Positions 23,461 through 34,984 of a DNA stretch of 64,000 nt are shown piece after piece. The translations under genes were made by a program, and so were the position numbers. The notes under the pieces were generated by a model. It made no database searches, had not been told where the DNA came from, and saw only the letters and a list, made by a program, of their open reading frames with translations. How positions within the stretch are numbered: position 1 is the first letter of the stretch; each line of letters opens with the position of its first letter. The stretch comes from Fistulifera solaris (taxonomy: Eukaryota), in assembly GCA_030295235.1 (NCBI GenBank), contig AP026173.1:310001-374000 (forward strand), written 5' to 3'.

Positions 23461-25403
23461 ATGTCATCATACAAACCTCTCGAACAGTTCACCTTCACGC
23501 CTTGCCATCCTCTGCGCTTGGCGGCCTCGTCTAACAGCGAATCGTTACTCGGACTCTTGCAGCCTACCGCCGCTCCTCAAGGCCTGATGTGCCATGAAAG
23601 CACCGGAATCAAGCTCGGTAATCAACAAGCTACCAGCCTCCGCAGCACCCAGACTCTGGATGCGTTCCGCGATCATCTCAACAGCAATGAATGGTCCTTG
23701 TCGACTTGGATCACGGCGCCCGTTCCTCCGGCGGATGAAATTCCCTCATTGCAGCCCATTTGGACGTTCGGATCGGGCCAAGTCTCTCGCATGCTTCCGA
23801 CCGATGGAGGATGCGATGGATTCTCTTTGATGGTGGCGCAATTTGGAGCGAATCTCGTCGTTGCCTTTGAAGATGCGACACACTCCTGCCGCATGATTCG
23901 CATCGGACAGTACGAGTCGCAACACAATGTCTTCGTGTTTTTGACCATCACGACATCGGGATCCACGACGAACTTGTTTATGCAGGGAAAGCTGATCATG
24001 GAGAATATTCCCTACTCGGCGGATTTGACTCGTCTGCCCATGAATCAGACGATGCAACTGTTTCCTCAGATTGATGCGAGTGACTCCACCACTGTGCCGT
24101 TTCAAGGATCCATTCGGCAAATCTCATTCTTTGATCAGACTCTGACAACAACGCAAGTGCAGCAACTCTTTGAAGAAGGAGTTGGAGAAGCTGCGGTTGT
24201 TCCTTTTATTTGGAAGCACAAGCCTCGGAGGCTGTCGTGATCGAGCAAGATGCCCCGATCAGCGAGCCGACCTTGATTTGGGTGGGCGGAACCAACACGT
24301 CGACTACCACGTTGCCACTGTTCGTTGACATTGCAAGCATTCCGACAATGGGAGAGCTTTACACCGAAGGAATCAAGCTGTTGTCAGGCGCGAATAGCCT
24401 TCCCATTCCTGTGAACTCGACGGGTCTGTGGATTGAATACCGACGACCGTCGGATAATTTCTTCACGATGCCATCGACCAACGCTTACGGGGAGTCCCTG
24501 GAAATGCCCAACGAGTCGTTTCAGTATCGTGTTGTCGCATTGTGGGAGCAGCGTACACTCGCCGCGTCCGGACTTGTCACGCAAACGGTGAATATCCAGC
24601 ATGTGAATCATGCCCCAACATGGAACAACGTCAACGAAGCAATTGTGACGGTTGTTAACAGTATGCCGAGCTACAACTTCAGCTACCCGTCATTGATGGA
24701 TGATTCCGACTTGAACTTGCATCGCGTACGAGTTGACTTGACTGTCCAACACGGTCGCATCAGCCTAAACATTGAAACGCTCCACTTGGCTGACTTTGAC
24801 TTCTGCAACATGCGAAGTTACTCCGCCTGGCAGTGCACGAAAGATGGAGTTAACAAGAAGCTTAATTTCGTTTGTTGCCGTTCCTGGCGATGTCTCTGAC
24901 ATTTTGGCCGGTCTCTCTTACGAGGGATTCGTTGCTGGCAACGAAGATAAACTAGTCATGGATGTGTACGACGGAGTTGGAGGTCAGTGCTTAGATAAGC
25001 GAACATGAAGCCTGGAATAACAACTGGCGAACCGACAGCTCCTCTCAAGCTTCTACGGTGTTTCGAGGATGCTACCATGTTCAATCTAGCATCAAAATAC
25101 CATCAACAACAATCTCTGGGGAAAGCAAATCTGGCGGATCAAAATTACTGTCGTACATGAATCTGGACTTCAAGAACTTTGGCTCGGCCGACATTGTTTT
25201 CTGGGCCGTTTTCTTTCGCGGTCTGCTACTGCCTGTATCATCTCATTCGAGACTGCTGCCCTAACTGCCTCGCTCGCGGTGCCCGTGTCCAGCCTGATAA
25301 CCATGGAAGTCAAGACGAAACACAAAAGGCTGAGGTAGAAATTCAAGCCGAAATCGAAGTGAACGAGACAACTCCGCCGACCAATGCCGACGATCTCGTA
25401 TAG
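23461..25403 (+). CDS. LamG/cadherin-like membrane protein, copy 2 (frameshifted)
   Basis: Near-identical to 10576..12519 in inverted orientation. Confidence 0.75.
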
Positions 25404-25669
25404 CACTGCTGTCGCACAGAGTGCACGCATAACATAAAACAGATAAAGGAATAAAAGATTAGAAAAGAAAAAATATTGCAATGAAAAGTATTTTTAGTAG
25501 CACCGCTGTCGCACACGATGCACGCATCACATGCTGTGGTAACAACTCCCCAAAATGTTGATTTTTTTGCAATGACCGCTCCTAAAGAAGTCTTCAATCG
25601 GAGCGAACAAATAATGACATAAAGTCAACATGCTCATGATCAGTTAAGTTATGTAGTATCTTTGTGAAG

Positions 25670-25930
25670 TTTCAATCTTCGGGACAACGCTTCTATCAAT
25701 GAAATTTTGGCTAAGTGTACACACATTCGACCGACGGCTAGGACTAAGCAAATCTTGAGTTTTTCTTTCTATGGTATCCTTCCAGCGACACTTGCTTCAC
25801 TCTTTGGCAGATTTCTGAGGCTCATGCGGCGAGCTTGAAAGTCAAATGTATTACTGCAAGACAAATCTCATGGTATTGTTGCCCAGGGTGCCAAAGCTTC
25901 CACGTCATGAAATGGCGTGCGGCAAAATAG
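25670..25930 (-). pseudogene. Decayed 3' fragment of the seryl-tRNA synthetase gene
   Basis: Reverse complement matches about 10050-10330 (TTTTGCCGCACG...GACTTTCAAGCTCGCCG.ATGAGCCT...AAAGAAAAACT.AAG) with stops and deletions. Confidence 0.8.
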
Positions 25931-26770
25931 ATCAACGGGATATCCAAGTAAAATGTGAATCATCGTCGATAGTACTCGTCGGAACCTTGCATATCGTGCG
26001 CAAGTTGCAGATCTCGTAATGTACGCGACATTCAGAAGACGACGAGCGATCGAAGCAGCGCCAAACCGCGAGACACTGGACATGATTCATGCGTTTGCGA
26101 CGCATTCAGCTTTCTAAGACACAATACATATCCATGCGACCACGAGAAGGAATGAAACGATCCAGAAAGACAGTACGATAAGGGGCTGAACGGTGATGAA
26201 CAGTGAACACCACTCGAGCGCGCGCGAGGTAACGGCGAGTTCTTTCACTCCTCAGGAATGCGAGGCGCGACAGTCCACACCGATACTCGATACCCAGGAC
26301 GATAAAGAGTTGATGAGTGATGATGCAAAGGCATATCAGAGGATATTACGTCGCTTTCAGAGCGAAAAAGACACCATGGTGTGATTTTTGGTTAAAGCTT
26401 GCTGCGGTGTATTATTGCTACGTGATTTGAGTACCACGTATGCGTACGTGGCGAGGACTACCAAGGCTACGTTACTATTATACAACATACGCTACAAATA
26501 CGACGATACTGTATCTAAGCCGTACCGCTGCTGTACATTTTCGCTGCTTGTTCGCACTTTTCGAAGGAATCGCCGTGTTGAAAGGTAAGTTACTACGTAC
26601 CATGAAGATCTTTATTAACGTCTACTTTCGGACTCTTTTGTCTCTTTTTCATGAAAGATGAAGTCTTTACTCACATTTGTGCTTGCTTTTGATGTTTTGA
26701 AGGTTTGAAATCGCTTACAAATAGTACAATTGACAAAGTCAAGTGTCCGCAGCATCGCAAAGCAAACAAA

Positions 26771-28330
26771 ATGAAAGATAACAAGATTAATCCTATCGTT
26801 TGGCACGAGGAGTTGCCTCTCCTCGTGTCGTTAGCTAACAAAGTACTCGAAAAGAAGGAGGATATTCGCAAGAGCACTGGGTCTCAGTGGAAATCGAAGC
26901 AATGGGTTCCTGCTAGCAAATTCTCTGTCGAAGAGACGGTGAATATTGCAATTAGCTTTGGAGACAAATCCAAGGCTTTGCAGCACACAGAGCATAGCGT
27001 CGTTCGTCGCGGTGAATTCACGACCATTGATGCGATCCTTGACGACAGTTTCAAGATCTTGAGAAAGGAACTGAGTGATATGGCTTCCTTCCAGACGAAG
27101 GGTACTGCGTCGGTGAGTGTCGTTACGGGTTCGGCCGCAGCATCGTCACTTGATCCTGTAGCTGCTGTTGCTGCAGTGATGGGGAGGTGAAACGGCTGTT
27201 TCTGCTGCTTCTAAACGTCCGTATTCTCGGTCGAAAAGGAATGATGATGTTGCGAAGAAAAGCCGGAAAGGACCGAAGAAAGCACGCGTCGCAACGAACG
27301 CAGTTCATCATCCCGTCGCTTCTTGTTTGCCGGCCAGCAACCACGGCCCCTCTTCTACCAATCAGCTGCGTCCTGTTTCAGCCAGTAGTAAGGGACTAGA
27401 GAAATGGCAGATCGACAAGTTGATAGACTGGATGAAGGAGAATGATTACAATTCTTCTCCCGACTGGACTGCAATTGACGGCCTTGTCGAGAGTACCGGC
27501 ATGAAGCCATCGCGAGATAGTCGCTTGGATCGCAGAACTGGGAGCGAAGTTTTGTTAAGCTCCGCAGCGGTGGTGTTGCTGTTGAAGATTCAGTTGGAGT
27601 GGGACTTAGAGTTGAAGTTGCAACCGAGGGAGAAACAGCCAGAAATCATCACAATCGAAGATGATGATGATGACGACGACGACGGCGACGACGACGAAGA
27701 CGTTAGTGTTCGGAGCTCGCTGAAGAGAACGACAATATTGATGATATCAGTAGCCTACTTGGACTCGCCGCGGACGAAATGATTGACGATTTTTACGCAA
27801 AGTATGCAGGAGTCAGTCTATCAGACGCCCACGGAGGATGTTGATGTCGATGTTGCCGGTGTTGATGATGATGAAGCTACCTGGGATCCGTTCATTGCAG
27901 AGTTCTTCGGACGTGATGGACGCAGATGAGTTAGATGTTGTTCATGACGAAAAGTCAGAGCCCTCCGTCAGCAAAAGCCGTGCAAGGGGCAACAAGATGC
28001 TTGCGAAGCTCACAGTAATGCCCGCAATACATTTGAGTCCGAGGGTGAAGCGGCGTTGGAATCGTCGTGTTTGGAATCACTCGAGTCATTAGAGCTGCTC
28101 GTTTTGGAGCTTGGCTTCAATTTTGATGATGACTGCGAGTGTGGAACTTCGATTTTGTCTGCGTCGTCCAGGAAGGAACGAAGGACCCGTGCATTGACGG
28201 AAATTCATCAAATTTGTTGCTTGGACAGTTGACTTCCGATGAAGATGCGTTGATCAAAGAGCTTGCCTTGTCCCTGTCTGGTGTTGACGAGGATCTTTCC
28301 AGCCCATCCACTCGTGATTCGGTCATCTCC
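26771..28330 (+). CDS. Divergent TALE-homeodomain-like protein, copy 3 (frameshifted, altered 3' end; end approximate)
   Basis: MKDNKINP at 26771; homeodomain-like segment near 27395-27540; upstream intron GT26585..AG near 26702; homology breaks after PSTR near 28315. Confidence 0.6.
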
Positions 28331-28613
28331 ATGATTCGGTGTTCGACTTTCTTCCATAGTTTCGATTTACTTCCATCCGTATTCGTTTCGTATTATTTGT
28401 GTTCCTCCATTGAATCGTTGCTGTTTGCTATTCCGCTGAAGTTACCTCACTATCGCGAGAGAAGCTTTTTCTTTCAAGTGTTACTTTATAATTTTAAAAT
28501 TGAGTTTGCATCGTTTACTTATTGACTTACGTCTTAATTTGTATTGTAGTCCACGATAATTGCAGCGTCTCAGAGTTAATGATTCTCTATAAACATGACT
28601 CTGTATTTTTTGT

Positions 28614-29392
28614 CTACCCCCGACTGTTGCGCTGGTTCATATCTGACCAGATACCTGACTGCCCCAGTTCCACTGCCTCTGTAGCTGACAAGCGTTGTCG
28701 CCGCTTACGCCTACTTTGTAACAGTTCGACCGAACGCCTACTGGAAATACGAATCAGAAACAGAATAAAGCCAGTCACCCACCACCCACGACCTAATCCA
28801 GCGGCCAGACCGATCAAAATCCACGCCAACATCCATCCGAGGGCCAATAAAATCGCCAACTCAGTTCCATCACAACACCAAGTTACAAACGCGGCTTGAA
28901 TCTGGTGCCTCCTTGAATGAGATGGCATATTGAGTAATCGAGCCGCTCTCCGATGCCGCGCATTGGTTTGTAACGTAATGAACGCATGCCACAATAGCTC
29001 GAAAATATTCTCTTTTCGGAATTCCGCAGGTAAAGGAACATCTTTTCGAGCCTGAAAATTCATGTGATATCGTGCGATTTCCGCTTCATCTTCGTCATCG
29101 TCCCAGTCGCTGTCTAAAAACTGTCAATACTGGCACTGCCCGAAGATTTTGAATGAATTTGATGCAGCCCCACATGCGCCTCTTCCGCAGTCTCTCCTCC
29201 TTCCTTCCAGGGTCGATCACGAAATATGCCTTCCTTATCATCTGTGTAACTCTCGTTTTCAAGTTCCTCATTCTCGGCATTCACAGTGCTTGTATTGTTG
29301 TTGGCGTTCTCCTCGGGCGAAGGAGACGACTCCTCGTCGAGAACGAGCGGCTGATACGCTTCGATTCCGGGCATTTTTTCGATCCTATGCAA
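28614..29392 (-). CDS. Hypothetical membrane protein (acidic N-terminus, two TM helices), one frameshift
   Basis: ORFs 29114..29392 and 28614..29063 join across an indel; hydrophobic LAILLALGWMLAWILIGL and WWVTGFILFLI. Confidence 0.55.
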
Positions 29393-29749
29393 CTAGTCGG
29401 AAAGTTCGGCTTTTTACACAAGATCACGAAGAAAATAATAATAAGATAACAAATAATCAAATGGCTGCATTCGATCGACCGCTCTCGCGTCGTCGTTTAT
29501 TCGTTTTACTGGTAGCAATGATGATGCGACATGTCTACCACGAATTAAAATTCAGCATCAGTCACTAACTTTATCCTTATTAGGTTAGTATCACGCGCGA
29601 TCAAGCGCTTTTCTGTTTTCTTTTATTTTATTGCTTCCGAATGAATGCATTATTCCTCGCATTTGACATTAACAACACGACTTTCATGCGCACTCCCCGC
29701 AAACATTCGAGTCTTTCACTGCTCAAAGGAGACGGCTATACTGCAACAA

Positions 29750-30730
29750 ATGAAAACACAAAGCTGGTCGCAATTATTTCGGGCGCCGTTTCAAGCTGCT
29801 AGTGCCCCCAACAAGCCCCCGACACTCGATGACATTCCCGATCTGATCGATCAAATCATGCTGCATTCGAATAGTGAAACGCGAGCCGCCGCTGCAAAGC
29901 GAATTTACGAGTTATGCGATGTAGCGCACAAAGAAAATCGTGTTCCTATGGTTTGTAGCGCAAAGTACGATGTCTTGACGCCCTTGGCAAAGTGTTTGAC
30001 CCAGGATAGTGGAAAGGGACGTCACTTAGCTTGCTTGGCTTTAAACAACCTTTCGGTTCCACCAGAGAATCGACATGCCATGGCTCTCGGACCTGCTTCG
30101 AAAGACGTGATTGGGGCACTTTGTAGAGTAATCGCCGAAGACAAACACGAATCGTATATATGCTGCATTTGCCTTATGAATCTTTCTTTCCTCGAGGCAA
30201 GTATCACGTCCATCTTGCAGTATTCGCCTCCTCTCGATGACAAAGCTTTGAGTCCTCTGGATAATCCGAACTCTCTTCTTCGCGTCCTGGAAAAACTTCT
30301 TGCAAACGCGCCTGATGTGCCCAAGTCCGAATCCGGCAAATCAGAAACGGACAAATTACTAGCAGCTGCAGTCCCCAAGGCAAGTTCAAGCAAATCGGAA
30401 GCGGTGCGCTGGACTTGTGGTTCGTTGAAAAATTTAGCAAAAAGTGAGGAGAATGCAGCTTTGATTGGAAAGACGAACATTCCGAAGTACGTCGTGGAAA
30501 ATATCCGTGCCGCTACAGATCCTCCATCCCAATGGAAGTCCAATAGCCTGGAGGATTATGCTCTTTCCCTTATTCTCCATCTCGCTCAATGGCCAGTCTG
30601 TCATGAAACTCTCATTCGAGTTGGCGCTGAAGATGCTATCAAGCCTGTGGCGTCCATGAATGACCCAAGAGGTATTGAAGCCAAAACGGTTTGCGCTCTA
30701 CTGGAGGCGAAAAAGATGCGCTTGCGATGA
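29750..30730 (+). CDS. Armadillo-type helical repeat protein, short paralog of 34985..36821
   Basis: RIYELCDV.HK.NRVPMVCS, RHLACLALNNLS.P.EN, CCICLMNLSF, LKNLAKSEENAALIG; strongly similar to the downstream gene. Confidence 0.75.
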   Translation: MKTQSWSQLFRAPFQAASAPNKPPTLDDIPDLIDQIMLHSNSETRAAAAKRIYELCDVAHKENRVPMVCSAKYDVLTPLAKCLTQDSGKGRHLACLALNNLSVPPENRHAMALGPASKDVIGALCRVIAEDKHESYICCICLMNLSFLEASITSILQYSPPLDDKALSPLDNPNSLLRVLEKLLANAPDVPKSESGKSETDKLLAAAVPKASSSKSEAVRWTCGSLKNLAKSEENAALIGKTNIPKYVVENIRAATDPPSQWKSNSLEDYALSLILHLAQWPVCHETLIRVGAEDAIKPVASMNDPRGIEAKTVCALLEAKKMRLR

Positions 30731-30960
30731 TCTTTTGTTGAGACAACAACAAACGAAAAAGAATATCTGGAATTTTCATAAGTTATCTATTGCAACCCGA
30801 CGTATCGGATTACGTCGACCGGCTTACGCAATGTTGGCCGTAGCTGATAAATAATGTAAAATGTTAATGGCAGGATCGACTCAAGTTTAGAAAAAGAGTG
30901 TTTTCGCACATCAACAAAATAGCTCAAAATGAGATTTATTTCTTGAAGCAGAAGCAATAC

Positions 30961-32769
30961 CTAAAAGAATAGATGATCTTGCACCGGGACTTTGATTTTC
31001 TTCTCACATGATTCATACGCTTGTAATCGATCCGCAAGTCTTTGGTTTTGCCTCTTTAAGGTCTTTATTTTCTTTCGACACTCTTGACCGAAGACGATCA
31101 GTTCCGGCTGTGTCAAGGCATCCAACCGGGAATGCTTCGACGGGCCGGCCTCTTCTCTGGACTTTCGGTGACTCCTGTGCCTCGATTCTGCATTGATTGC
31201 TTTCTGACAAGCTTCACAATACGCGCCCTGTCGTTTGTAGATTTTCAAGATACGGTACGTAACACATCCTTCCGTGGAATTGACTCCTTTACAAGGGTAG
31301 ATGTAACTTAAGGCGTCTGCTTCATCCGACAGTGTAATCGGGACAAAGTCCACGTGAATGCGACGCAACAGTGCCATGGCATCACGAAATATGGGTTCGT
31401 CTTTTGCTTTGTCGATTCCGATAGCGATCACTTTGGCCTTAATTTCTTCTTTGCACCGTTCTGCGGACGGTAAGAATGGGGGAGGGGGAGGATCCTTGAC
31501 CTTGAGTTGCTTTGCTGGTACGGTCGCGGGCTTTGCTGCTGTTTGCACTTTCGGCGGCAGTCCCGGTACCGGTATCCTGAACACATTCGGCGACATTCCT
31601 GGCACTTTGGACTGCGCCGAAACCGGTTGCACTTTCGGTCGCCCGCCTGGCTTCAATTGCTGGTTCGTGAGCAACACTGTAGGCTGTTTCGGTGCTTGTT
31701 TCGGTACTATAGGCTGCTTCGGTGCTTGTTTCGGTACTACCGTTGCTAAACCTTTCATCAAGTTCGCTTGCCTCGCTGTTTCGGCGCTACTCGCTTCCAC
31801 GGCACTGGCGGCATTCAGTAAGCGCGAAACGGTCTCCGCATTGACTGCTGCCCGAATTTCGTTCAGCACATCCGTCACTTCCGTTTGCGTGGTCACCGGA
31901 GCGCAAATGAAATAATTTTCGGTAGTTTCGAGACATTTCAACTCGTGAATCATGTAATCGTCCAGTAATGGACCCGGCGGAACAATTTGCTTGATCAAAG
32001 CAGCCATTCGTCGTACGCGATTACAGTCGTCCATCAGTCTGTCACTAATGTCATTCTTCTTACAAGATTCCATTTCCGCATCGTTGAGCAGCGATGTGAT
32101 TCTCTTGCTTCCCAGAAATTGGTAGACGGCAATGGGAAAATGATGCCGCGCGAGGACGATTTCTTTCTTGTGATCGGTTTTCCCATTGCCGCGAAATTTT
32201 TCTTCAATACCGGGCGCATGCTTGCACATGGCGGCAAGAAATATCATATTCTTGAAGAAGGTTTGTGGTGAACTGGATGTCATGATCTTTCTCATCGACC
32301 ATCGATGGCATCGCCCTTTCCAGACGTGACCGGCGGGGGCCAAAGCTTCGATTTGATCCGAAAGTTCACGGCATTCTTTCCCCACGAACAGTGGCATTGC
32401 TCTCCTTCCTGTTTCGGTTTTGTCATCTTCTAACTACGTTGCAAAGTGATAAGGCGGAGATCTCAAATTGTTTTTTATGCCTTTTGTGTGCGTTATAGGG
32501 TCTACAAAAGCGCCGGTTGCTCGCATTTCGGCAAAAATATTTGCGCACGCACAGCAAATAATCGGTACATCTTCTACGTGATTTTGTGTAGCTTCGGGGG
32601 GCCTCGGCGTTTTGGGCGGCAAAAGCAGTGTAAGCCTTACTGTAGGCGAGATAACAGATAAATTTAATTTCGATACGCGAATGCGTCGTAGTGGTTCAAC
32701 GAAGACTTCCACAATAAACGACCACATTGGCGACGAGATGCGATGATGCGAATCCTCGCTCCAGCTCAC
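30961..32769 (-). CDS. Hypothetical protein with Pro/Lys-rich linker and Cys-containing coiled-coil C-terminus (5' end uncertain)
   Basis: 478-aa ORF, probably extended upstream across an indel near 32435; 30-bp tandem duplication encoding VPKQAPKQP twice near 31682-31740. Confidence 0.55.
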
Positions 32770-32884
32770 TTTTTCAAACCATATTCGTCAAGGAGCAACG
32801 GTTGCAACTGATCGGTCTTACATTGGCTCTCCAGGAGGTGCTTGACCCACAGACGACATTAAGTGTATTGCACAACGGAGAACA

Positions 32885-33928
32885 ATGAAAAGCATCCGCG
32901 TCACGCGCATCGTTTGGATGCCGATTCTTTTTCTATTTTATTCCGCAAAACAAACGGCTAACGCACTCGTCACTGCCGATGGGAAACATCTTTTTCAATC
33001 CAATTTCATAGAACAAGTCGTTTGGGTCTTGCAACAAAGATATCACAAACGTCCGAGAAAACGGAGAGTGACGCCGGAACTGAGCTCACAGGTGAAATCC
33101 AGAAACAACCTGCGTTGCGATCGCCAGCGAGCGTTCGAGATATGATGGCTGCCATGGGAACATCTCCTCGTCGTATCTTTCTATCGGTTGCGTCATCGGC
33201 CGGAATTGCGTTGGTGGGAAATTTGTTTGGTGTCACCAGTTCCGCTCTCAACCAAATCGACGAGGATTTCGTCGAATCGACGGGGTTGGATTTGTACTAT
33301 CCGAGAGGTGACTATAAAAGGTATCGAACGGTGGATTATACCTTTGTGATTCCGAAAGAATGGGTGGCCGATACCGCAGTCGAACTCGCGAAAGCCCAGA
33401 GACGGACACAGCCTCTTGATTATCGAATGCGACAAACGAGTGGAGGTACCCTTCCCGACTCTGGTACGTTTCATTCAATTTTGAAATCACCTATTTGTGT
33501 TTAATCTTACGTCGCTCCCTTGATCAGCGTTTGGACCTCCGGGAAGGCTCGATAACCGTGGCGTTTCCCAGGGAGACACGAATGTGTCGGTAATACAATC
33601 TCCATTTTCCCCGGGCTTTTCACTCCGCGATACGATGAAAACGCCTACCGAAGGTGCTCTATTTCTGCTCAACAATTCGATTGCCCGTTTAGAAAGTGGT
33701 CGCAAAGCTGCACTCCTCGATGCATCCGAACGAAACGGTGTCTATCAATTTGAATACAGAGTCGACCCCGGTGGCGGAAGACCACCACTGCGATCCATTT
33801 CCGTCCTAGCACAGGCCAAGCAGTTTTTGTATACGATGACAGTAGTTGCGCCTGAGAAAGACTGGACTTCCAGTAAAGCATACGAGGCAAAACTACGAAA
33901 GATTGCTGAAAGTTTTCATCTTCGATAG
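32885..33928 (+). CDS. PsbP-domain thylakoid lumen protein (one intron, one N-terminal indel)
   Basis: Signal-like N-terminus; SPRRIFLSVAS twin-Arg segment; YTFVIPKEWVAD; intron 33464..33527 gives DSAFGPPG; NVSVI, YQFEY, LYTMTV, IAESFHL. Confidence 0.8.
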
Positions 33929-34052
33929 CGATTTGCTAAACGTTGATTGCACATTCATAGTCAAATAAACGAGTTATCAATTAGAAGGGTGTTGATTGTA
34001 TTCAAAACAACTGAGGAATAGCACGCTGCTTTACAAGACGGCAGAAAATTCA

Positions 34053-34301
34053 TTATTTCTTCTCGGAGGCTCGGTTGAGTTCCTCCCGCAAGTTCTTCGT
34101 GAAATCGTCATCCATATCGTCATCCCAGTTATCCATCCACTGCTGCGTTTCTTCCTCTATTTCATTCTTGCCCCAATGTTCAGATTCAAATTCCTCAAAT
34201 TGGTCATCCTCCTCCATAGCCTCCATCAACGTCTTCGGTTCGGTCTTCTTGGAGGCATCCGCACTGGATTGGCTCTTTTTCGCCTCTGTTGTATCTCCCA
34301 T
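34053..34301 (-). CDS. SEM1: DSS1/SEM1 proteasome subunit
   Basis: MEEDDQFEEF...WMDNWDDDMDDDFTKNLREEL. Confidence 0.92.
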   Translation of the reverse strand: MGDTTEAKKSQSSADASKKTEPKTLMEAMEEDDQFEEFESEHWGKNEIEEETQQWMDNWDDDMDDDFTKNLREELNRASEKK

Positions 34302-34984
34302 TCTGTCCTTGCTGCTTTCTAATGACACTATAAGAAAAGTAGGATGCAATGCCTTTTTTAATTATTTTTCCGTCGCCCAAGAAGCAACAAGCAATAAGCA
34401 ATAAACACTCTTTGTTTTGTCTTTGTCAACAAGGCAACAAGATCCTCGTCCTTCGTTGCCCTTCATCCTTCGTCGTCCCTTGCTTTTATGGGTGCAAAAA
34501 CGGACGACAAAAGCGCGCTAAATAATGCTACCCCTACGACACGGCTGCGCCTAATTGCGCATAGCGCGCATCATCATCCGCGCACGCCGTGCGCATTCTC
34601 CCGCATGGCGCAAAGTTCCAACGGTCATAAAACGTCCTAGCTCCTAAGTGATGCATGCCAACAGCTTCCACCCAGAAATTTTGCAATTAAGTCCAAAACG
34701 TGCTCAAACGCGCTTCGTCTTAGAAGGATCATTGGATATTCCGTCGGTCCAGGCGCGCAAGGCTTATTACATATTACTCCATAGTAAGTCGTCGCCAAAG
34801 GACAGCCCATTTAGCGACCACGGGAGTGAACGGTTATCTCAACGAGCTTTGGCTTTCCCGCGCAAACGATTGACGAAAAGAACCATCATCGCTCCTTTGC
34901 TCTGCTTGCACAGCAATAGGAACTCGCAGTCCTATCAACCTTATCATTTACTTACAATAATCTCAACAACATCAACCAGACAAC

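Larger units (their letters stand above)
21523..27868. repeat. Near-identical inverted repeat of about 1.66 kb (arms about 21523-23187 and 26205-27868) around a 3 kb spacer
   Basis: ORFs 22804..23004(-) and 26388..26588(+) translate identically, and 23008..23196(-) and 26193..26384(+) nearly so; both arms share the intron insertion GTAAGTTACTACGTACCATG. Confidence 0.9.
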
